Source of the DNA: Phyllobates terribilis
Taxonomy: Eukaryota
Assembly: GCF_046119375.1 (NCBI RefSeq)
Contig: NW_027362764.1
Coordinates: 442,308,001 to 442,372,000 of the forward strand
DNA length: 64,000 nucleotides
Direction of reading: 5' to 3'
Below are positions 1 through 12,427 of this stretch, one piece after another. How positions within the stretch are numbered: position 1 is the stretch's first letter; every line of letters begins with the position of its first letter. Position numbers and translations under genes: made by a program. Below the pieces are notes generated by a model, which was given only the letters and a program-made list of their open reading frames with translations, was not told the DNA's origin and searched no databases.

Positions 1-2650
1 CTGACTCCGAATTCTGTTTAACATGTGCTCCAGCATGTAAATCACCGGAATAGTCATGCTGATAATGGCATCGTCAGCACTAAACATCTTCGTCGCCATT
101 TCAAAACTGTGCAGAAGGGTGCATAGGTCCCTGATCTGAGACCACTCCTCCAGCGTGATTTGCCCCACCTCTGTATCTCGTTGGCCCAGGCTATACGTCA
201 GAACGTATTGCACCAGGGCTTGTCGGTGCTGCCACAGTCGCTGCAACATGTGCAGAGTTGAATTCCACCTGGTAGGCACATCACATTTTAGCCGGTGAAG
301 TGGCAGGCCCAACGACTTCTGTAGAGATGTAAGTCGCTGAGCTGCGGGATGCGAACGGCGGAAGTGAGCACACAGCGACCGTGCCCTCTGCAGAAGGCCA
401 TCTAGTCTGGGATAGTGGGCTAAAAATTGCTGGACAACCAGGTTCAACACGTGAGCCATACAAGGCACGTGTGTGACATTGCCCCGGCGAAGGGCCGCAC
501 CCAGGTTTGCAGCATTGTCGCACACGGCCTTCCCTGGTTTCAGGTCCAGTGGAGACAACCATTCATGAAATTGGTTCTCCAGAGCTGACCACAACTCCTC
601 AGCTGTGTGACTCACATTTCCCAGACATTTCAATCTAAAAACCGCCTGATGACGTTGAGCCCTACTGCCAGCATAGTAAGGAGGTGTGCAGGATCCCTTC
701 TGCGCAGTTAGAAAACTTGTGGCATGACCAGACAGGTTTGGGTGCAGGTGGAGGACCGAGAGGAGGTTGAGGAGGCAGAAGCAGTGGAGGAACTTTGACA
801 TAAAGAGGATTGACGCACAACTCGTGGGGACGGCAAGACTTGGACAGCAGCCCCTTGTCCTGCTGTCACCATAGTTACCCAGTGCCCAGTCAGGGACATG
901 TAACGCCCCTGTCCATGCCTATTCGTCCAAGTGTCTGTGGTGAAATGCACCGTGTCACACACAGAGTTTCTCAAAGAAGCGGTGATGTTGTGTGCGACAT
1001 GCTGGTGGAGCGCAGGCACACCTTTCTTTGAGAAGCAGTGCCGACTGGGCATCTGGTACTGGGGCACTGCGACGGACATAAGGTCTCGAAAATCCTCTGT
1101 GTCCACCAGGCGGAAAGGCAGCATTTCTGTAGCCAAGAGCTTGCAGATGGTGAAATTCAACCTCTTAGCTTTCTCATGGCTAGGAGGAAATGGTCTTTTA
1201 CTTGTCCACATCTGAGGGACCGAGGGCTGGCTATTGTGCTTAGATGGGGTTGATAAGGGTGTCCCCGGCAAACTGCCGGTCTATGAGGAAGATGCAGGCG
1301 GACATGTTAGGTTGCCTTGATCCAAAGGTTCTGCTATCGATGTCGGACAGCGCTCAACACCAGCTGGTGTTACCACCTCCAAAGAAAATGATGACCTGCC
1401 AATCACGCTGGCTGTTGCGGGTAAAGAGGTGGCAGGTCTGCGCCCCAAAACAGGTGTGACTGCTGTCCCCACAGTCACAGAGGATGAAGAGGCCGCGGAT
1501 GCACAAGATATGGCAGACGGTGGTTGGCCTGGCGGCTAGGCCGCATTGTAGCACACTGAGCTTCCCACTGCAACTTATGCTTCATGTCCATGTGCCGGTT
1601 CATGCATGAAGTACTCAAACTATGTATTTTTTGGCCTCTACTTAGCTTTTGCTGACAAATGTTACAGATAACACGAGTTGGGTCATCTTTATCGATCTGA
1701 AAAAATGCCCAGGCTATGCAAGGCTTAGCACCCATGCGACCTTAAGAGCCACCATGACTTGTGGTGAGAGGCAGAGTTGTGTTTGAGGATGCAGTTGTTG
1801 ACGTGCTTCCAGTACTACGTCTCTGTCCAGGAAGGCACAACCTGACCTCGTCGTCACTAGCATCTTCCTCCACCTCCTCTGCTGACCTCATCTCTTGGCT
1901 GACTGTGGGTTGACAGTAAGTGGGATCTCCAACCTCATCATCATCACCCTGTGCGTTATCACACCCGTTGTCCTCAGAGCCAACCTGTTCCTGCCCTGAC
2001 AAAAAACTAAAGTTGTCGCTCCAATCAGGTATTTGAGTCTTATCATCGTCTTCCTCATTGTCTCCACCAACAGGAGTTACAGTTTGGGAATGAGGGTCTA
2101 CATTATGGTCAGAACCTTCTGCGTCTGGTCCTGGATCCGACTCATAAAGATTCTGGGCATCAGTGCAGATCATTTCCTCGTCTGGATTCACAGAAGCGCT
2201 GGAGTCGACCTCTGATTCCCAGGCTATAGTATGAGTAAACAGCTCTGCAGACTCAACCATCTGTTCTACCTCATACTCAGACGGGCAGCTGGAGATTTGG
2301 GAGCTGTGAGGAAGCAAGTGCGATTGGGGTGACACCTTTGAGGACTGGAGTATTTGTGATGTTGAAGTTGATGTGGAGGAGAGCCCACTTAAAGGAGCAC
2401 TTGATATCCGTTGAAGCACCTGCTGTTTTTGTGCCTCATCTGGAATTTGTAGCGATTGGCGTGGCCGTAAGAAAGGGATCTTATCACATTGTCCGCTAAA
2501 AGAAGTAGACATTTTAGTTTGGCTGGAAGATGGTCTTTCTTCTGCAGATGTTACTGTTGCTTTAACACCTACCCCACGGACACAACCTTTTTTCCCCTTC
2601 CCAACACGCCTATTCCCCTTTCCACCAGCAGCAGGCCTTTTTCCACTCAT
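1..2650 (-). pseudogene. hAT transposase (BED zinc finger + DDE), 5' part, disrupted
   Basis: ORF 2650-1742 (MSGKRPAAGG...) ends in a premature TAA where copy 2 has TCA. Downstream pieces encode the BED finger (WAFF...CNIC...RHMDMKH), HFTTDTW, CDNAAN, CMAHVLNL and TRWNS motifs across frameshifts. Confidence 0.92.
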
Positions 2651-2766
2651 TTTGGTGGTTAACTAATTCACAACTCTGGAGTTGTTTGCACAAAAAAACA
2701 ATGGATGGGAACCGAGCAGAGCTGAGTGGCCAAACTGTGGTATTAGGCCAAAACTATTGGCTGGGT

Positions 2767-5700
2767 TAGATGCAGAAAAAAATTATATTCAATTTGCAAC
2801 CTGATGGAGGTCTGTATAGATGGACTAATAGAACAAGTCCCACACACAGCTAGAAGGCCAAATATTTTTTCAGAGGTAGATGCAGAAAAAAATTATATTC
2901 AGTTTGCAACCTTATGGAGGTCTGTATAGATGTACTTATAGAACAAGTCCCACACACAGCTAGAAGGCCAAATATTTTGTCAGAGGTAGATGCAGAAAAA
3001 ATTATATTCAGTTTGCAACCTTATGGAGGTCAGTATAGATGGACTAATACAACAAGTCCCACACACAGCTAGAAGCCCAATATTTTTTCAGAGGTAGATT
3101 GAGAAAAAAATATATTCAGTTTGCAACCTGATGGAGGTCTGTATAGATGGATTAATAGAACAAGTCCCACACACAGCTAGAAGGCCAAATATTTTGTCAG
3201 AGGTAGATGCAGAAAAAAATTATATTCAGTTTGCAACCTTATGGAGGTCAGTATAGATGGACTAATACAACAAGTCCCACACACAGCTAGAAGCCCAATA
3301 TTTTTTCAGAGGTAGATGCAGAAAAAAATATATTCAGTTTGCAACCTGATGGAGGTCTGTATAGATGGATTAATAGAACAAGTCCCACACACAGCTAGAA
3401 GCCCAATATTTTTTCAGAGGTAGATGCAGAAAAAAATATATTCAGTTTGCAACCTGATGGAGGTCAGTATAGATGGACTAATAGAACAAGTCCCACACAC
3501 AGCTAGAAGGCCAAATATTTTTTCAGAGGTAGATGCAGAAAAAAATTATATTCATTTTGCAACCTTATGGAGGTCAGTATAGATGGACTAATAGAACAAG
3601 TCCCACACACAGCTAGAAGGCCAAATATTTTTTCAGAGGTAGAAGCAGAAAAAAATTACATTCAGTTTGCAACCTTATGGAGGTCAGTATAGATGGACTA
3701 ATAGAACAAGTCCCACACACAGCTAGAAGGCCAAATATTTTTTCAGAGGTAGATGCAGAAAAAAATTATATTCAGTTTGCAACCTTATGGAGGTCAGTAT
3801 AGATGGACTAATAGAACAAGTCCCACTCACAGCTAGAAGGCCAAATATTTTTTCAGAGGTAGATGCAGAAAAAAATATATTCAGTTTGCAACCTGATGGA
3901 GGTCTGTATAGATGGATTAATAGAACAAGTCCCCAACAAAGCTAGAAGCCCAATATTTTTTCAGAGGTAGATGAAGAAAAAAATATGTGCAGTTTGCAAC
4001 CTGATGGAGGTCAGTATAGATGGACTAATAGAACAAGTCCCACACACAGCTAGAAGGCCAAATATTTTTTCAGAGGTAGATGCAGAAAAAAATTATATTC
4101 AGTTTGCAACCTTATGGAGGTCAGTATAGATGGACTAATAGAACAAGTCCCACACACAGCTAGAAGCCCAATATTTTTTCCGAGGTAGATGCAGAAAAAA
4201 ATATATTCAGTTTGCAACCTGATGGAGGTCTCTATAGATGGATTAATAGAACAAGTCCCACACACAGCTAGAAGCCCAATATTTTTTCAGAGGTAGATGC
4301 AGAAAAAAATATATTCAGTTTGCAACCTGATGGAGGTCTGTATAGATGGATTAATAGAACAAGTCCCACACACAGCTAGAAGGCCAAATATTTTTTCAGA
4401 GGTAGATGCAGAAAAAAATTATATTCAGTTTGCAACCTTATGGAGGTCAGTATAGATGGACTAATACAACAAGTCCCACACACAGCTAGAAGCCCAATAT
4501 TTTTTCAGAGGTAGATGCAGAAAAAAATATATTCAGTTTGCAACCTGATGGAGGTCTGTATAGATGGATTAATAGAACAAGTCCCACACACAGCAAGAAG
4601 GCCAAATATTTTGTCAGAGGTAGATGCAGAAAAAAATTATATTCAGTTTGCAACCTTATGGAGGTCAGTATAGATGGACTAATACAACAAGTCCCACACA
4701 CAGCTAGAAGCCCAATATTTTTTCAGAGGTAGATGCAGAAAAAAATATATTCAGTTTGCAACCTGATGGAGGTCTGTATAGATGGATTAATAGAACAAGT
4801 CCCACACACAGCTAGAAGCCCAATATTTTTTCAGAGGTAGATGCAGAAAAAAATATATTCAGTTTGCAACCTGATGGAGGTCTGTATAGATAGATTAATA
4901 GAACAAGTCCCACACACAGCTAGAAGCCCAATATTTTTTCAGAGGTAGATGAAGAAAAAAATATATGCAGTTTGCAACCTGATGGAGGTCAGTATAGATG
5001 GACTAGTACAACACGTCCCACACACAGCTAGAAGCCCAATATTTTTTCAGAGCTAGATGCAGAAAAAAATTATATTCAATTTGCAACCTGATGGAGGTCA
5101 GTATAGATGGACTAATAGAACAAGTCCCACACACAGCTAGAAGGCCAAATATTTTTTCAGAGGTAGATGCAGAAAAAAATTATATTCAGTTTGCAACCTT
5201 ATGGAGGTCAGTATAGATGGACTAATAGAACAAGTCCCACACACAGCTAGAAGGCCAAATATTTTTTCAGAGGTAGAAGCAGAAAAAAATTATATTCAGT
5301 TTGCAACCTTATGGAGGTCAGTATAGATGGACTAATAGAACAAGTCCCACACACAGCTAGAAGGCCAAATATTTTTTCAGAGGTAGATGCAGAAAAAAAT
5401 ATATTCAGTTTGCAACCTGATGGAAGTCTGTATAGATGGATTAATAGAACAAGTCCCACACACAGCTAGAAGCCCAATATTTTTTCAGAGGTAGATGAAG
5501 AAAAAAATATGTGCAGTTTGCAACCTGATGGAGGTCAGTATAGATGGACTAATAGAACAAGTCCCACACACGGCTAGAAGGCCAAATATTTTTTCAGAGG
5601 TAGATGCAGAAAAAAATTATATTCAGTTTGCAACCTTATGGAGGTCAGTATAGATGGACTAATAGAACAAGTCCCACACACAGCTAGAAGCCCAATATTT

Positions 5701-7405
5701 TTTCCGAGGTAGATGCAGAAAAAAATATATTCAGTTTGCAACCTGATGGAGGTCTGTATAGATGGATTAATAGAACAAGTCCCACACACAGCTAGAAGCC
5801 CAATATTTTTTCAGAGGTAGATGCAGAAAAAAATATATTCAGTTTGCAACCTGATGGAGGTCTGTATAGATGGATTAATAGAACAAGTCCCACACACAGA
5901 TAGAAGCCCAATATTTTTTCAGAGGTAGATGCAGAAAAAAATTATATTCAGTTTGCAACCTTATGGAGGTCAGTATAGACGGACTAATAGAACAAGTCCC
6001 ACACACAGCTAGAAGGCCAAATATTTTTTCAGAGGTAGATGCAGAAAAAAATTATATTCAGTTTGCAACCTTATGGAGGTCAATATAGATGGACTAATAG
6101 AACAAGTCCCACACACAGATAGAAGGCCAAATATTTTGTCAGAGGTAGATGCAGAAAAAAATTATATTCAGTTTGCAACCTTATGGAGGTCAGTATAGAT
6201 GGACTAATACAACAAGTCCCACACACAGCTAGAAGCCCAATATTTTTTCAGAGGTAGATGCAGAAAAAAATATATTCAGTTTGCAACCTGATGTAGGTCT
6301 GTATAGGTGGATTAATAGAACAAGTCCCACACACAGCTAGAAGCCCAATATTTTTTCAGAGGTAGATGCAGAAAAAAATATATTCAGTTTGCAACCTGAT
6401 GGAGGTCTGTATAGATGGATTAATATAACAAGTCCCACACACAGCTAGAAGACCAATATTTTTTCAGAGGTAGATGAAGAAAAAAATATATGCAGTTTGC
6501 AACCTGATGGAGGTCAGTATAGATGGACTAGTACAACAAGTCCCACACACAGCTAGAAGCCCAATATTTTTTCAGAGCTAGATGCAGAAAAAAAGTATAT
6601 TCAATTTGCAACCTGATGGAGGTCAGTATAGATGGACTAATAGAACAAGTCCCACACACAGCTAGAAGGCCAAATATTTTTTCAGAGGTAGATGCAGAAA
6701 AAAATTATATTCAGTTTGCAACCTTATGGAGGTCAGTATAGATGGACTAATAGAACAAGTCCCACACACAGCTAGAAGGCCAAATATTTTTTCAGAGGTA
6801 GATGCAGAAAAAAATTATATTCAGTTTGCAACCTTATGGAGGTCAGTACAGATGGACTAATAGAACAAGTCCCACACACAGCTAGAAGGCCAAATATTTT
6901 TTCAGAGGTAGATGCAGAAAAAAATTATATTCAGTTTGCAACCTTATGGAGGTCAGTATAGATGGACTAATAGAGCAAGTACCACACACAGCTAGAAGGC
7001 CAAATATTTTTTCAGAGGTAGATGCAGAAAAAAATATATTCAGTTTGCAACCTGATGGAGGTCTGTATAGATGGATTAATAGAACAAGTCCCACACACAG
7101 CTAGAAGCCCAATATTTTTTCAGGGGTAGATGAAGAAAAAAATATATTCAGTTTGTAACCTGATGGAGGTCAGTATAGATGGACTAGTACAACAAGTCCC
7201 ACACACAGCTAGAAGCCCAATATTTTTTCAGAGCTAGATGCAGAAAAAAATTATATTCAATTTGCAACCTGATGGAGGTCTGTATAGATGGATTAATAGA
7301 ACAAGTCCCACACACAGCTAGAAGCCCAATATTTTTTCAGAGCTAGATGCAGAAAAAAATTATATTCAATTTGCAACCTGATGGAGGTCAGTATAGATGA
7401 ACTAA
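2767..7405. repeat. 108-110-bp tandem satellite array inside hAT copy 1 (~42 units)
   Basis: Unit GATGCAGAAAAAAATTATATTCAGTTTGCAACCTTATGGAGGTCAGTATAGATGGACTAATAGAACAAGTCCCACACACAGCTAGAAGGCCAAATATTTTTTCAGAGGTA. Period 110 seen at 6661 and 6771. Confidence 0.98.
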
Positions 7406-8326
7406 AAGAATGATGCTATGCCCAAAAGATTTTACTTCACTAGGTGCAGTAAAAAAATTGGTATTCTATACACAGGTGGTATATCTCGCAACACAGATAG
7501 GCTACTCCACTGACTAACACACTCTGCAATAGGCCAAAAAGGATTAGCTTTGCTAGATTCAGCCAAATGCTGTGAAAAAAACTTGCACAGCACTGGCACA
7601 GACCTGCCTGGCAAAAACTGATAGGAACTGATGTAACCTAGTCCTGAAAAGGACTCCAATTACAATTAGTCTTTACTCCCACAATCTATCTATTTAAGAG
7701 CACAGACCTGCCTGATAAAAGTCGTAGGAAATGCTGTAACCTAGTCCTTAAAAGGACTGCAATCACAACTATTCCCTACTCCCAAGCTATCTGTAGATTT
7801 GTGCGAAAATTGGCTTGAAATTAACAAGGTATAGCGCACACAGCAACAGCGGTGCCGTCTAACACGCAGCTGCAGCAGTGAGAAAATGGTGGCGACGGGG
7901 AAAATGGCTTGGTCTTATAGGGCAAGGACATGTGACATACACTGCCAATGACACATGCCCTTGCTTGTGTGAAAAAAAGCACTTCGCTCCGTGTGTGCGC
8001 TGCTGATAGGCTGACAGATTGCACCTCCCCACTGCAAATGCGGGAAAGAGAAAAAAATATGGAGATCTTCATTGTTCCTGCAGAGATCCATCCCCTGCCC
8101 CTCCCCCCACCCCGCTGTACACTCAAACTGCGTATTAACATTAATTTTCATCATTACTGAGAAAAAATCCAGTTATGATTTTGGTGCACGAACAGTTATC
8201 GAACATAACCTCGAACAGCCGAATTTTTCTCAAATTGTTCGTGTTCGCCGAACGGCTCGAACACCGCCCAAAACAGCTCGAATTTGAGATTGGCGAACAG
8301 TTCGAGTAGAAAAACGCTCATCTCTA

Positions 8327-8603
8327 ATAATGAATGCTACCTTAACCCGATCGGTGGGAAAACATAGACGGTAGAACTTGAAGTGCAGCATGCATTGCTC
8401 CACAAATGCACGACTTTGTCTTGGATCCCCATAATAATGTAGCGGATCCGCAGGAACGAGAGCAGATAGATCCATCTGGACGGGCGCGTAATTCGCCTGG
8501 AACTCAGCTAAAGGAAAAAAAAATATTATTTATTTACTTTAATGCATGTATTCGCTGGAAAACTTCTCAGAGAGCGAAGGCCGTGGGACTCAACGGGAAC
8601 CAT
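8327..8603 (-). pseudogene. Ty3/Gypsy (sushi-like) gag N-terminal fragment, cut by the hAT insertion
   Basis: YYGDPRQSRAFVEQCMLHFKFYRLCFPTDRVKVAFII resembles the retrotransposon gag motif of sushi/PEG10/RTL-type Gag. It lies directly after the LTR and stops at the hAT TIR. Confidence 0.8.
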
Positions 8604-9329
8604 GGCTTGAGCATGCTGTAATGCACACGCCCGGGCTGAGCGGCGTGTGCGAGTGATTCCACTGGGCTGTGCCGGAGAGTGAATGCCTGGAGGGGTGTAA
8701 CTAGGTATTCACCCTATCCGACCAGGGTCGCACGACAGCATACGACGCCAGTGCACCAAGGAGGAACCGAGCAGAGGGACCAGGTGCTACTCCAGGACAG
8801 ACCCCGGACACGGCTGTTGACCCACACAGGGGAATACCGGAACAGGCTGGTTAGGCTGGCGCACAGAATTGGTGGGTATAGGCAGGCACGACTGGTATGC
8901 AGGCAGGCGGGTATGCAGGCCGGGGGGTACAGGCAAGCACAGCTAGATTGCAGACAGGGAGGCACTAGCAGGTAGGAACACAGGCGGGATAGGACCCAGT
9001 ACACACTGGGACTCAGGAACAATACAGGCAGAGGGGTACAGGCAAGCACAGCTAGAGTGCAGACAGGGAGGCACTAGCAGATAGGGACACTGCGGGATAG
9101 GACTCAGTACACACTGGGACTCAGGAACAGAACCACAGATGTGGCGGACAAACACAGCAGAGTGAGGCCGCCCAGAGAGGTGAGCGAGAACAGGGCAGGA
9201 CAAGGCCGCCTGGAGCGGTGAGCAAGAGTAGAGCAGGACAAGGCCGCCAGGAGCGGTGAGCAAAGGGTCAGAGCTGAGCGAGACTGCCGGAGCAGTGAGC
9301 AAGAGTAAAGCAGGATGAGACCACCTGGA

Positions 9330-9750
9330 GCGGTGAGCAAGAGTGGAGCAAGACTGCCGGAGCAGTGAGCAAAAGGATAAGAGCGGAGCGAGACTGCCGG
9401 AGCAGTGAGCAAAAGGGTCAGAGCGGAGCAAGGCTGCCGGAGCAGCGAGCAAAGGAGTCAGAGCAGGCTAGAACCGCCGGAGCGGTAAGCAAAGGAGTCA
9501 GAGCAGGCTAGAACCGCCGGAGCGGTGAGCAAAGGAGTCAGAGCAGGCTAGAACCGCGGAGCGGTGAGCAAAGGAGTCAGAGCAGGCTAGAACCGCCGGA
9601 GCAGTGAGCAAAGGAGTCAGAGCAGGCTAGAACTGCCGGAGCGGTAAGCAATGGAGTCAGAGCAGGCTAGAACCGCTGGAGCGGTGAGCAAAGGAGTCAG
9701 AGCAGGCTAGAACCGCCGGAGCGGTGAGCAAAGGAGTCAGAGCAGGCAAG
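9330..9750. repeat. 40-bp VNTR within LTR (~10 units)
   Basis: GAGCAGGCTAGAACCGCCGGAGCGGTGAGCAAAGGAGTCA repeated in tandem. Confidence 0.95.
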
Positions 9751-10014
9751 GCTGAGCAGGGGGGACAGTGCTCTGTTCACATGAAACAGACAGGAAGGGA
9801 AAGGCAGAGCCACATACCCACAGGGCACTTGCAGTGAAGTAGCGAGTGGACCACAAACTCACAAACGGGAGTACAGAGACAACAAGCAGGAGTTAGGTAC
9901 GAGTTCAGACTCTGCAGAAAAAGGAACGGAACGGACATAGAGGCAAAACAGGTAAAGGATAGGAGAGAGTTCAGACTGGAACTGAGTGTACGGAGGAGAC
10001 CGACACTGCAGCGG

Positions 10015-10405
10015 AATACAGGAGCGGGTCTGGGAATACGGCCCCCAGAGAGGCAGGACAAACAGGCAAGGAGCGTGTTCAGACAGGACAGACAAGATAC
10101 AGGAGCGGGTCTAGGTAATCGGCCCCTAGAAGGCGGGAGGAACAGGCTAGGAGCGTGTTCAGACAGGACAGACAAGATACAGGAGCGGGTCTAGGTAATT
10201 GGCCCCTAGAAGGTGGGAGGAACAGGCTAGGAGCGTGTTCAGACAGGACAGACAAGATACAGGAGCAGGTCTAGGTAATCGGCCCCTAGAAGGCGGGAGG
10301 AACAGGCTAGGAGCGTGTTCAGACAGGACAGACAAGATACAGGAGCGGGTCTAGGTAATCGGCCCCTAGAAGGCAGGAGGAACAGGCTAGGAACGTGTTC
10401 AGACA
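10015..10405. repeat. 80-bp VNTR within LTR (~5 units)
   Basis: AGGAGCGGGTCTAGGTAATCGGCCCCTAGAAGGCGGGAGGAACAGGCTAGGAGCGTGTTCAGACAGGACAGACAAGATAC repeated in tandem. Confidence 0.95.
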
Positions 10406-10499
10406 GCCCTGGAAATACAGCCTCCAGAATAGGCAGACAAGAGAACACAGAACGGGACCTGGCACCTTCAGAGTGCAAGCACACACTGAATGAAACAAT

Positions 10500-10540
10500 A
10501 TGCTCAGGCAGGGATTGATTGGAGCAGCTGAGCTATATAC
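10500..10540 (-). promoter_or_regulatory. Putative LTR core promoter (TATA box and transcription start)
   Basis: TATATA at 10539-10534 (minus), 30 nt upstream of GCCTGAGCAT (10509-10500), which is complementary to the sequence at the PBS position. Confidence 0.6.
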
Positions 10541-10760
10541 CAGGTGACAGACAGCAATAGGCTGAGGACGCACAAGGGTTGTGCCCACAGCAGGTACAAA
10601 AAGCAGGAAGTGATCGGGCGCTGCCCTTAAGCAGCAGAAACAGACACAAACAGACAGCATGGAGGGAAGCCAGAGAGACATTCTGGACTGGAGATCAAGT
10701 GCGCGCTCTTACACAGTGGGAGGTGGACCACCATGCAAGGACGCCGCCAGGTATGCCACA

Positions 10761-10846
10761 CAGTGTGAATGTACAATTTTCATAGTCATGAAAATACAGA
10801 AAAATCTTTAAATGAGAAGGTGTGTCCAAACTTTTGGTCTGTACTG
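10761..10846. mobile_element. Terminal fragment of a DD38E-family Tc1 TIR, split by the Gypsy insertion
   Basis: Near-identical to 38666-38751. Ends ...TTTTGGTCTGTACTG followed by TA. Confidence 0.9.
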
Positions 10847-10852
10847 TATATA

Positions 10853-12427
10853 CACTACCGTTCAAAAGTTTCCATGAAAACTCATACTTCTATTTATCAA
10901 ATGAGTTGCAAAATTAATAGAAAATATAGTCCAGACATTGACAAGGTTAGAAAGATTTTTATTAGAAAGAATAATTTTATCTCTCAAACTTTGCTTTCGT
11001 CAAAGAATGCTCCCTTTGCAGCAATTACCTCATTGCAGACCTTTGGCATTCTAGCTGTTAATTTGCTGAGGTAATCTTGCGAAATTTCCCCCCATGCTTC
11101 CTGAAGCCCCTCCCACAAGTTGGATTGGCTTGATGGGCACTTTTTGTGTACCATACGGTCAAGCTGCTCCCACAACAGCTCAATGGGGTTGAGATCTAGT
11201 GACTGCGCTGGCCACTCCATTACAGATAGAATACTAGCTGCCTGCTTCTTCCCTAAATAGTTCATGCATAATTTGGAGGTGCGCTTTGGGTCATTGTTCT
11301 GTTGTAGGATGAAATTGGCTCCAATCAAGTGCTGTCCACAGGGTATGGCATGGCGTTGCAAAATGGAGTGATAGCCTTCCTTATTCAAAATCCCATTTAC
11401 CTTGTACAAACCTCCCACTTTACCAGCACCAAAGCAACCCCAGACCATCATATTACCTCAACCATGCTTGACAGATGGCATCAGGAACTCTTCCAGCATC
11501 TTTTCAGTTGTTCTGCGTCTCACAAATGTTCTACTGTGTGATCCAAACACCTCAAACTTTGATTCGTCTGTCCATAAAACTTTTTTCCAATCTTCCTCTG
11601 TCCAATGTCTGTGTTCTTTTGCCCATATTAGTCTTTTCCTTTTATTAGCCAGTCTGAGCCAGGCTTTTTCTTTGTCACTTTGCTCTGAAGGCCAGCATCC
11701 CGGAGTGGCCTCTTCACTGTAGACATTGACATGGGCGTTTTGCCCGTACTATTTAATGAAGCTGCCAGTTGAGGAGCTGTGAGGCGTCGATTTCTCAAAC
11801 TAGAAACTCTAATGTACTTGTCTTGTTGCTCAGTTGTGCAGCCGGGCCTCCCACTTCTCTGTCTACTCTGGTTAGAGCCTGTTTGTGCTCTCCTCTGAAG
11901 GGAGTAGTACACACCGTTGTAGGAAATCTTCAGTTTCTTGGGAACTTCTCTCATGGAATAGCCTTCATTTCTAAGAACAAGAATAGACTATCGAGTTTCA
12001 CATCAAAGTTCTCTTTTTCTGGCCATTTTGAGACTTTCATAGAAAAAACAAATGTAATGCTCCAGATTCTCAACCAGCTCAAAGGAAGGTCAATTTTATA
12101 GCTTCTCAAATCAGCCAAGCTGTTTTCAGCTGGGCTAACACACGTTTTCTAGGGTTTTCTAAACATCCTTTATCCTTCTTACACAATTAGCAAACACAAT
12201 GTACCATTAAAACACTGGAGTGGTGGTTGTTGGAAATGGGCTTCTATACACCTATGTAGATATTGCAATGAAAACAAGATGTTTGCAGCTAGAATAGTCA
12301 TTTACCACATTAACTATGTATAGAGTGTATTTCTGATTCATTTAATGTTAGCTTCATTTTAAAAAAAAGTGCTTTTCTTTCAAAAATAATGAAATTTCTA
12401 AATGACCCAAACTTTTGAATGGTAGTG
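10853..12427 (-). mobile_element. Tc1-superfamily element, DD38E spacing, decayed
   Basis: TIR CACTACC(G/A)TTCAAAAGTT with TA flanks. ORF pieces 11954-11628 and 11451-10984. QQ(D>N)NDPK...DLNPIE gives 38 residues between the catalytic D and E positions. Confidence 0.9.

Larger units (their letters stand above)
1..8326 (-). mobile_element. hAT (Ac-group) DNA transposon, copy 1, truncated by window start
   Basis: Terminal TAGAGATGAGCG (revcomp) ends at 8326, with subterminal GTTCG/CGAAC motifs. Near-identical inverted copy of 44127-49530. Flanking 8-mer ATAATGAA (8327-8334) fits the nTnnnnAn Ac-group target pattern. Confidence 0.95.
8617..10760 (-). mobile_element. Ty3/Gypsy 5' LTR (~2.1 kb) with internal VNTRs
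   Basis: TG...CA termini (TGTAATG at 8617, GCCACA at 10760), followed on the minus strand by a short leader and gag. It interrupts a Tc1 TIR at 10761. Confidence 0.8.

Noticed and set aside
2767-7405. Many 65-71-aa ORFs (MCGTCS...) in the satellite arrays, also at 45359-46679
   Set aside because: They are translations of the tandem unit, frameshifted by variable A/T runs, and show no protein motif.
1-8326. The two hAT copies as a false assembly duplication
   Set aside because: They have different insertion sites (Gypsy gag vs Tc1), different lesions and different satellite variants.
8679-10681. Low-complexity ORFs of 100-170 aa in the LTR
   Set aside because: They arise from GC-rich 40-bp and 80-bp VNTRs on both strands and have no domain signal.
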